A stretch of DNA of 64,000 bases from Candidatus Magasanikiibacteriota bacterium (GTDB lineage: Bacteria > Patescibacteriota > Patescibacteriia > Magasanikbacterales > GWA2-37-8). The stretch spans positions 93,144 to 157,143 of the forward strand of contig JAUSEN010000009.1 of assembly GCA_030650025.1 (NCBI GenBank). The letters run 5' to 3'. Shown here piece after piece: positions 56,286 through 64,000 of the stretch (position 1 is the stretch's first letter; each line of letters opens with the position of its first letter). The notes under the pieces are model-generated. The model was not told the origin of the DNA. It saw only the letters and a program-made list of their open reading frames with translations, and did not search any database. The translations under genes were made by a program, and so were the position numbers.

Positions 56286-57272
56286 TTATTTTGTTGCTAT
56301 CACCATAACATTGTTGTGCGAAGGCGCCTCGTCTTCTCCGGTTTCTACGTTTTCAATCCTTACGCCCGGAAGGTAGCGCCCTTCTTCTGGGAATGTTTGA
56401 GTCTTTTCAATTTTAAAGCCCGTTTCCCGAAGCATTGTTTCATACTCGGCTAGGCTGAATGGATAATATTCTTCTTCCAATTCTCCTTCCCACCCTACAA
56501 AATTTGCTTTGGTCGCAAATTCTATCGCATCGGTTGTTGGTAAAATAATTGCGTTTCCGTCTCTGGTAAAGTCGAAGGCCCGTTTGTTAGCAGTAATGTA
56601 GGCCGTAAAAATTTTTTGTGCCCCTGGCGTTTCTAAATACATTTTAGCCATGCCAGCTGGCCTTCTAAAGCCGTCATATATAATTGTTTTGCCACCATTT
56701 TTTAGTCCACGATAGATATTATCTAAAAGTTTTCTGACTTCTTTTGTCGAGTAATAACTTTTTATTTCATGTAAAATAGAGGCCAAAATTACAGTATTAA
56801 AACGACGCGGGCTTATGTCCATTTGGGTAATGTCCGCTCGGACAAGAAAAACAGTCTTGGGTGCGGCTACACCTTCCGGGATATCTGCTAAGTGGTCGGC
56901 GGCATGACCAAAAAAGTGAGGAGAGAATTCCACTCCAACCAACGAATCTAATCCATTTAGTTCCGCGCCGATCAATCTTAACAAGCTGCCAGTGCCGCTC
57001 CCAAGCTCCAGCACGTTTGGCCCTGCTACCTCAGACAAAATTTTCCTTCTTTCTTTGATATGTTCTTCGGAATCTAGCCCAGCGCGCAATGAATGGGTAT
57101 GTTCTGGCGACCTTGCTATTGGTTCTTCATTTTTAGGCAGAGCAAAATGGATACCCGCATCATCGGAGAGTTGACGGTATCTATTAATTTGGGTGAACAT
57201 GCTGGTGTCGTCTGGCCACAGCGCTGCTTCTCTGTTTGGTTCTGATCTAATGTAGTCTCGCACTTTTCCCAT
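56286..57272 (-). CDS. Class I SAM-dependent methyltransferase
   Basis: VLELGSGTG, SILHEI, LKNGG. Confidence 0.85.
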   Translation of the reverse strand: MGKVRDYIRSEPNREAALWPDDTSMFTQINRYRQLSDDAGIHFALPKNEEPIARSPEHTHSLRAGLDSEEHIKERRKILSEVAGPNVLELGSGTGSLLRLIGAELNGLDSLVGVEFSPHFFGHAADHLADIPEGVAAPKTVFLVRADITQMDISPRRFNTVILASILHEIKSYYSTKEVRKLLDNIYRGLKNGGKTIIYDGFRRPAGMAKMYLETPGAQKIFTAYITANKRAFDFTRDGNAIILPTTDAIEFATKANFVGWEGELEEEYYPFSLAEYETMLRETGFKIEKTQTFPEEGRYLPGVRIENVETGEDEAPSHNNVMVIATK

Positions 57273-57330
57273 ATGATTGAGAAAAATAATCTATCTATAT
57301 AAAACCCCTCCAGTTTTGGAGGGGGAGGGG

Positions 57331-57984
57331 TTAGGCATGAGGAGTAATTACCAGCTTCAGGTGCGCCCGGACAGCGTCTCTTTCTAGCAACCATTTAAAG
57401 GCTAAATAGCCAAGCGTTATGCCGAGCGCCATGAGCCCCCGTTCTTTCCAGACAATTGGCAATAGTGAGAGCCACAAGGCAGACTTCATATTAAAGGCCC
57501 AAATCCAAAGCGCCCCGCCGACAGCGTGGGCCGTAAACGTAGCCCCGAGCGCTCGCGCCAATACAAATTTATTTTGTAAAAAATACATGGCAATAGGTAT
57601 AAACCAGTAGAGGGTAAAAACTGCCGCGCCCCGCCCTTCGGGGTGGGCCAAAAATGCCAAAATACATATAGGCGCGATGGCAAGTTGTAAAAAAGATTTG
57701 CGGCTAAAATAAAGCGTCGCTGCCAGAATGGGCAAGAAACGAATTAGAGTAGGCAGGCTGATATCAAAACCATGAATCGCCCAATTAAACAATTGTATGG
57801 AGAGGACGCTTAATGCCCCCGGGATACTCCCCAGAAACCCGCCTATGATTGGCGCAAAAAAATCGAACATGTTAAAGCGCGCCTTGGCGCCAACGAGGGC
57901 AGTAAAAGGAATTTGGATTAAAATCAGACCAAGTCCCAAAAAAATGGCGTAGGCCAGTATTTTTTGTTTTGTTGGTTTAAACAT
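57331..57984 (-). CDS. Polytopic membrane protein (ECF S-component-like)
   Basis: About six TM helices. Confidence 0.7.
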   Translation of the reverse strand: MFKPTKQKILAYAIFLGLGLILIQIPFTALVGAKARFNMFDFFAPIIGGFLGSIPGALSVLSIQLFNWAIHGFDISLPTLIRFLPILAATLYFSRKSFLQLAIAPICILAFLAHPEGRGAAVFTLYWFIPIAMYFLQNKFVLARALGATFTAHAVGGALWIWAFNMKSALWLSLLPIVWKERGLMALGITLGYLAFKWLLERDAVRAHLKLVITPHA

Positions 57985-58235
57985 AACGCGACTGACTTTT
58001 TAATTATTAACCGTAATACTGTACTGGTGTATGTTTGATTTGTCAAATCAAGATTGGTGGCTTCAAGAGTTATCCACAGTGGAGTAAACTGGGTTAAGGT
58101 GTATACTATATGTACCTTGCTATTCATTAAGCTTGTCGGATGAAGGCGCTTCAAGGAGAAATTCTTTTTTATTTATTTTGCTAAAGCAGACATTGCTTTA
58201 GTTTTTTTAATTAATTTGTTTTAATTTAATGCCAT

Positions 58236-61200
58236 ATGAGCATAAGAGAAACTTTAGGACAGAGGAGCATTATCAAGGCTTTGCCCGCTTTAGCGGCCGC
58301 GCTACTCCTCGGTTTTTATTTAGCCTTTTTATTAAGCACTCCGGCCCAGGCAGTATCGGGGGTGGCGTTGGCCGATAACGACACCACGGGCTTTGGCCTG
58401 GACGGGCGCGATTTTAGTTTTACTTGGACTACGGGCACGGTTCCGAGCGGTTACACGTTCACCAATTTGTATTTAACGAACAGCACCACGACTTTGACGC
58501 TCGCTAATCTTAACACCAATGGGTGCGGCGGAGCGGCCTGTATGCCTGTCGGCGGTTTTAATCAGCACGCTAACAGTGCGTTTACCCTACCGCAGTCAGT
58601 TCAAAAAGATAGCGCCAACCAAAATCTGGCTACGGGCACCTCGTATGTGGCTTGGGTATTTGTGTCGTCTTCTAACCCCGCCCAGGCGGAATTAGTATCG
58701 TCTTCGCCGGTGTCTTACGCCAGCGGGTCTGATACTGTCGCTGACGCTTCGGCTCCAATGGTTGAGCACATGTCTATCCATGTGGCGCTAGAGAGCGCGG
58801 CCGCGGTGATTAACTCTTTGGTTTTTGATGATCAAACCACCGACGCCCAGTTTAACAATACTAGCGATGGCGGCGCTGAATATGTAAAATTATTTTACGC
58901 CACCAGCACGTTTACTGACGCGGCGTTTGTAACCGGGACACTGCAGGTTAACGCCGGCGGTTTGTTTAGCTTTTCCGTCCCCACCACTACAGTTGGAGCC
59001 GCGGGCGCCACCTTTAAGTATTATTTAGAAGTTAAAGATCGGAACAGCAATGTTCGCTTTTTCTGCGCCAGTCCTAGCGCCGCTACGGCCGCGGATTGCC
59101 GCACATCTCCGTTTACTGTAACGACTGCCGCGGCTGGGTCGCGTATTATTTCCGGCACGGTTTCTTCTAACGGAGTGGGGGTAGCGAACGCCGTGGTATT
59201 CATTGGCGGCGCGGCTCATGCCCCGGTTTTGACCAATGGGAGCGGCGTCTATTCAGTAACTGGTTTATTTAACAATGACGCTTACGATATTATCGCGGCG
59301 GCGAACGGTTATTGTAAGAACATGCGGTTTGAGACTATGGGAACGTCTGATAAAACCGGCATAAATTTAAGCATTAGCTCTGGTTCCTGCGGCTTTTTTG
59401 CCCCGCCCACCGGTGGTGGCGGTGGCGGCGGAACCCCGGCGGTAATGTTTTCTGGCCCTCCCGATGGCATGCAGAGTGTTCAATTGAATGAACAAATCCG
59501 CGTGGGCTTGAATCAAGCTATGGACGGCACCACAATTAACGACTTTAACCCGGCCGACGCTGGCAGTAATATTTACCTAACTACCGACGACGGCACCACC
59601 AAAGTAGCCGGCAGTGTTACTTATTGCGCCAGCAATGCCTCGCCCGGCTGTTCGGCCCTATTCAGCCAAGATCAAAATGTTATTTTATTCGCGCCTGCCA
59701 GTTCTCTCGTCTCGAGCACATTCTATACGTTGGTGATAACCGAGGGGGTTAAGAACACGGGCGGGCAGTCAATTACGGGCAATCGCACTGGCGGCGGCCA
59801 CAAAATTTCGTTTGTCACGAGCGGCGGTACTTTTAGTGGCGCTCAAATCACTGCCAGTTTCGGCACGGGCGGGCAATTTATGCCGCCCTATGTGCGTTCG
59901 TTTATACCGGGCCCGGGCATTACCGCGGCGCCCAACACTTCGCTCGTAATTGAATTTAGCGAAGCCATGAGCGCCTCGACCATTACGGGCACAAATCTAA
60001 AATTATTTAGTATTAGTAACGGCGTCGCTACCGAAGTGACTACCGGAGTGAGCGTGTCGCTCGATTCTAACGAGCGCCGCTTTGTCACCGTTACCCACAA
60101 CGCGCTCCCCGCCGGTGAGTACGAAGGCCGCGTTTTGGGCGGAGCCGCTAACGCGAGTGGTATGGCCATGCGGCCGCCCACGCAATCTTCGGAAATCGCT
60201 TTCCGGTCGTCGTTTACCGTGTCGGGCAGTAGCGATAGCGCCAGCCCCACGGTTTTCCCCCAACTTGCCAATAACGCTACCGCGGTGGCAGTAAACAACA
60301 CCTTCCAGTTCGGGTTTAATGAACAGCTCTTAATATCCACAATTAGCACCAGCAACATTACATTGACTCGCGGTAGTACGGCCGTGGCCATTACTACCGA
60401 GTATGACCCGGGTAAAAACGCGCTGTATGTGGTGCCCTCCACAGCCATGGCCCCAAATACTGCCTATACCCTCACAATCGGTGGTAATGTAAAAGATCTG
60501 GCCAACAACAGCGTGGCTACCACTACCTACACCTATACCACAGGCGCGGCCGACACGGCGGTGCCGAGCATTCGGGAAGCGCGTTGCGACGACTTCCGTT
60601 GCAAAATATTCTTTACCGAGCCAGTCACGCGCAGCAGCCAGGTAGACAGCGATTACGCCAGTAGCACCCTAAATCACGCGCGCATTACTATTACCCAGGG
60701 CGGCTCGGATCTCTGCACTTCGGCAACGCCAATCTCTTATAACGCCGAGGACAATTCGGTAGTGGTGGAGCGGCTCGCCATGACTGCCGGCGGCGCTAAT
60801 GTTACGGTAACGGTCGCTGGTATTACCGATATCTCGGGCAACATTCTTACCAGCGGCAGTTTTGTTGGCCCGGTAGAAAGTAGTATGACTACATTCGGTT
60901 CGTTTGGCGATATGGGTATGTTCGCGCCTCCGACCGCCCAGTTCACCAGCGGCACGGTTGGCGGCGGCGAATTTAAGCCCCAGGGCTTTGGCAGTTTCAC
61001 GGCCGAACAGTTCGCCTTTGGCGACGCGGCTATGGCCTTCCCCTTCAACCAAACTGCGGGGGCTGATGTTAATGTCTTCCAAATTAAATTTAAACCCGGG
61101 GTGGCGCTGTTAGATGACGACCAGATAGTGCTAACCTTCCCGAACGGCACCACGCTCGTGAATACCGCGCCTGACACCTTTTCGCCCTTTAATTCTGATA

Positions 61201-64000
61201 TGAACGGCGGCGGCGCTGGCACGGTCGCGCTCGACAACACGTATAGTAGCGATGGCGTGCTCGGCGACGACACTGCCCTTACGGTTACCGCCAAGCTCGC
61301 GGTGAGCGGCGGATCGCCCGGAGCTACCGACTATTACACCTTAGATCTGCGTAAAATTACTAACCCGAGCATACCCAAAGGCCCAACCACTGGCGGGTAC
61401 ACGGTTGGTATTAAAGTCTTGCGCGGCTCCACATCGCTCGTCAGCCAAACCAGCATGCCGTACTTCATTAACGCCGGCGGTACGAATACGCTTGTAATAG
61501 ATGTAGTCGCGGGTACCGCGACCACATCGCCAGCCGCTGGCGCCAGTGGTTCGGTATTTGTGCATGGCGGCGGCCCCAGCGGCCCAATGGATAAAAACGT
61601 CACGCTTACCAACGGCGACATCTCGGCCGTGGACGGCACCAGCGCGACCTCGATTACGTATGCTAGCCTTACGGATGGCTGTTACTTCTTTGGCACTGAT
61701 CCATTTGCCACTTTTGGCGGTGTTGATTATTTTGGCCAAATGAGCCCAGAGCCGACATGTTTAAGCGGCGGCGAAACCAAGACCAAGTTCTTGCTTTTAA
61801 CCCCAGCTTCTGGTGGCAGTGGTTCTATTACCACTACTGTTAAGTTGTCTGGAATCGCGGATTTTGGCGGCATTGATATTGACATCTTCGCCGCTGGCCC
61901 GGGCCGCTTTGTGGTCAAGACTTTAAGCGCGGTTGGCGTGCCTAATGCCAGTGGTTACACTATTAAACTTCCTTCCAACGGTAGCTGGTCAATTGGCGTT
62001 GGCCCGGCGATGCCGAAAGGCGCCTCTGGTACCCGGCCCAAACCTCTCCCTGGCATTCCTCCCGCGCCGATTGAGTTACTCGTAAGCGGCCTGGGCGGCA
62101 CCCCGGTCGTAAGCCCTGGCACCCGCTCGGCTCCGTCTGGCGCCAGCTTTAACGACTCTACTGACACGGTTACCTTTACCTTTGCCACGGCCGACAAAAC
62201 TATTGCCGGCACGGTAAAAGACGGTTCAAGCAATGGCCTTTCCAACGTGGAAGTTTTTATCCACCAGCAAGGTTTTGGTTCCCCGGCCTTTGGCACTACC
62301 AATGCTTCGGGCACGTTTAGTCTCGCTGTATCAGATTTTGGCATGTACGAAATTGGCGCCTTTATAGATGGCATGCCGCCTGTATTCAAGAACATTGAAG
62401 TGCGCGTGGACGGCGCTGACGCTGGAAGCGACCCGGATGTCTACTTCGAAGGTAAGCAAATAACTAGTTCGAATTTATTGGTCTTGACCCTCAAGAAGTC
62501 TGCCTTTTCGATTTCTGGTAAAGTGCTTGACGGGAGCAACAATGGCATTGGCTACGCTCCAGTATCCGCGGTTAGCGCGAGCGGCACCTCGGTATTTGGA
62601 ATGACATCTTCTGACGGCAGTTACACCCTATTCGTGGATGCCGGCACTTGGGCAGTGCGCTCCGAGCTCCCGCCTTCAAAATCCGACACCTGTGGCACCT
62701 TTACCAAGACCGTTACTGTTACTACTGAAAGTAAATCCAGCCAGAATCTTACCCCCTCGGCCTCTACCTGCTACACCTTAAGCGGTACGGTGTCGGTCGG
62801 CGGCTCGGCTCTCGCTAATATCCCGCTCTTTATTGAAGAGTGGAATAGCGGCCCCGTGGCGGGCGGCTTTAGGCGCGGTGGTTCCACCGACAGCTTAGGC
62901 GCTTACTCGGTAAAAGTTCCCGGGAGTAAAACCTATCGTATCGGTTCTTGGAGCTCGGATTATGGCGAACTCTCGGCCACCAAAGCCGTGGCCACGGCCG
63001 ACGCTACCCAGAACATTACTATCGCGGCAACCGCCAACATTACCTTTGCCTTCACGAGCGGCACTGCTTCGATGAATGCCTTTGTTGAGCTTAAGAATTC
63101 TTCTGATACCAATAAAGTAGTTCGCAAAGAGAAGAAGGGGCTTGACAGTAACCTGGTAGTGGCGGTAGAAAGCGGCGCCACCTATAATTACTTCGTAGAC
63201 GTGTTTGGAGTCGGTAAATTCTCGGGCACTGTTGTGGCCGGAAATACTGCCACCATCACTCTTGGCGTTAATGCCGGCGACTTTGTTACCGTCACAGGCA
63301 CTATTAAAGACGCGACTGGCGCGGTCTTAACAGGCGCTTTAGTCACCTTTACGAACACTTCTACCAATGTCATTGTCTCGGACTTAACTGATTCGAGCGG
63401 TGTCTATAGCGTGCAGGTGGAAGCTGGCTCGTACAACATTGGTTCCGCGCTGAACGGCTATGTTCCGGGCAACCAAGCGCAATCCGCCACTTTTACTACC
63501 ACTACCACAGCTTATGATTTTGGCGGCGCGAGCCCGGATCAGCAGGCCTTAACTGTCGGCAATCGTACGATTGAAGGCACCATTACCGCGACTGGCGGAG
63601 CCGTGCCATCGGACGGGTATGTTTGGGCAGTTAACACCAGCGGCACGGTTATCTCTGCTCCGATTGACTCGAGCGACGGCAGTTACTCGCTACCGGTCAC
63701 CGAGGGTAGTTGGACTGTTAAAGCCGTGGGCCCAGAAAGCGCCGAAACCACCAAGAGCGGCGGCGCTATCACTGTCTCGGGCAGTAATTCTACCGGCAAC
63801 AACTTTACTTTAACAGCTGACGCCACTCGCGTACCCACCTCAACTAGCGGTGTCATCGGGGCTGACACGGGCGGTTCTTTGAACGATTCCGATGGTAGCG
63901 GTATTAAATTCACCGCTGGCTTGGGTGTGCTCGAAACTGGTTCGGGCGACGTTACCTTGAGCTTAGAGCGCACTTTCAGCGCCCCGGACACCCAAACCTT
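58236..64000 (+). CDS. Very large secreted/surface protein with Ig-like and carboxypeptidase-regulatory-like beta repeats; runs off the window end
   Basis: Signal peptide ending PAQA; the same frame reads as coding where checked up to the window end (>1900 codons); T/S/G-rich, repeated I(S/A)GTV-D-G units. Confidence 0.88.
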   Translation, partial: MSIRETLGQRSIIKALPALAAALLLGFYLAFLLSTPAQAVSGVALADNDTTGFGLDGRDFSFTWTTGTVPSGYTFTNLYLTNSTTTLTLANLNTNGCGGAACMPVGGFNQHANSAFTLPQSVQKDSANQNLATGTSYVAWVFVSSSNPAQAELVSSSPVSYASGSDTVADASAPMVEHMSIHVALESAAAVINSLVFDDQTTDAQFNNTSDGGAEYVKLFYATSTFTDAAFVTGTLQVNAGGLFSFSVPTTTVGAAGATFKYYLEVKDRNSNVRFFCASPSAATAADCRTSPFTVTTAAAGSRIISGTVSSNGVGVANAVVFIGGAAHAPVLTNGSGVYSVTGLFNNDAYDIIAAANGYCKNMRFETMGTSDKTGINLSISSGSCGFFAPPTGGGGGGGTPAVMFSGPPDGMQSVQLNEQIRVGLNQAMDGTTINDFNPADAGSNIYLTTDDGTTKVAGSVTYCASNASPGCSALFSQDQNVILFAPASSLVSSTFYTLVITEGVKNTGGQSITGNRTGGGHKISFVTSGGTFSGAQITASFGTGGQFMPPYVRSFIPGPGITAAPNTSLVIEFSEAMSASTITGTNLKLFSISNGVATEVTTGVSVSLDSNERRFVTVTHNALPAGEYEGRVLGGAANASGMAMRPPTQSSEIAFRSSFTVSGSSDSASPTVFPQLANNATAVAVNNTFQFGFNEQLLISTISTSNITLTRGSTAVAITTEYDPGKNALYVVPSTAMAPNTAYTLTIGGNVKDLANNSVATTTYTYTTGAADTAVPSIREARCDDFRCKIFFTEPVTRSSQVDSDYASSTLNHARITITQGGSDLCTSATPISYNAEDNSVVVERLAMTAGGANVTVTVAGITDISGNILTSGSFVGPVESSMTTFGSFGDMGMFAPPTAQFTSGTVGGGEFKPQGFGSFTAEQFAFGDAAMAFPFNQTAGADVNVFQIKFKPGVALLDDDQIVLTFPNGTTLVNTAPDTFSPFNSDMNGGGAGTVALDNTYSSDGVLGDDTALTVTAKLAVSGGSPGATDYYTLDLRKITNPSIPKGPTTGGYTVGIKVLRGSTSLVSQTSMPYFINAGGTNTLVIDVVAGTATTSPAAGASGSVFVHGGGPSGPMDKNVTLTNGDISAVDGTSATSITYASLTDGCYFFGTDPFATFGGVDYFGQMSPEPTCLSGGETKTKFLLLTPASGGSGSITTTVKLSGIADFGGIDIDIFAAGPGRFVVKTLSAVGVPNASGYTIKLPSNGSWSIGVGPAMPKGASGTRPKPLPGIPPAPIELLVSGLGGTPVVSPGTRSAPSGASFNDSTDTVTFTFATADKTIAGTVKDGSSNGLSNVEVFIHQQGFGSPAFGTTNASGTFSLAVSDFGMYEIGAFIDGMPPVFKNIEVRVDGADAGSDPDVYFEGKQITSSNLLVLTLKKSAFSISGKVLDGSNNGIGYAPVSAVSASGTSVFGMTSSDGSYTLFVDAGTWAVRSELPPSKSDTCGTFTKTVTVTTESKSSQNLTPSASTCYTLSGTVSVGGSALANIPLFIEEWNSGPVAGGFRRGGSTDSLGAYSVKVPGSKTYRIGSWSSDYGELSATKAVATADATQNITIAATANITFAFTSGTASMNAFVELKNSSDTNKVVRKEKKGLDSNLVVAVESGATYNYFVDVFGVGKFSGTVVAGNTATITLGVNAGDFVTVTGTIKDATGAVLTGALVTFTNTSTNVIVSDLTDSSGVYSVQVEAGSYNIGSALNGYVPGNQAQSATFTTTTTAYDFGGASPDQQALTVGNRTIEGTITATGGAVPSDGYVWAVNTSGTVISAPIDSSDGSYSLPVTEGSWTVKAVGPESAETTKSGGAITVSGSNSTGNNFTLTADATRVPTSTSGVIGADTGGSLNDSDGSGIKFTAGLGVLETGSGDVTLSLERTFSAPDTQT

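Noticed and set aside
26129-58078. DnaA boxes (26129, 58070, near-match 29389) as oriC
   Set aside because: Isolated single boxes; no cluster and no dnaA nearby
59021-63991. Small ORFs listed within the terminal region
   Set aside because: Shadows of the single long plus-strand surface-protein frame
1-64000. CRISPR array or rRNA
   Set aside because: No regularly spaced direct repeats and no rRNA-like sequence seen

Overview
Chromosomal segment of a Patescibacteria (CPR) bacterium, inferred from the missing rpmD/L30, native genes without Shine-Dalgarno (SD) sites and many orphan ORFs; genetic code 11. Housekeeping content: gatB, a thymidylate cluster (tmk, folA, thyA, dut, dCMP deaminase), rplA, trpS, rlmH, tgt, a UvrD/PcrA helicase, the str/S10/spc clusters to secY-adk-map, yqgF, recO, asnS, parAB, rel, topA, folC and the start of a >1900-aa surface protein. 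tRNA-Asn(GTT) and tRNA-Leu(CAA) are present. Four features stand out. (1) tRNA-Asn lies directly behind what looks like a complete ribosome-mediated attenuator: promoter, Asn-rich leader peptide, antiterminator and terminator. (2) A non-canonical tRNA-like RNA with Ala identity (G3:U70) has an adjacent, separately promoted small RNA complementary to its anticodon arm. (3) A class of very GC-rich mini-genes with strong SD sites, including a fatty-acid desaturase, sits between native AT-rich promoters and terminators. (4) Several families of short palindromic repeats are inserted in frame into uvrD, tgt and rpsJ. All calls come from reading the sequence; no searches were run.
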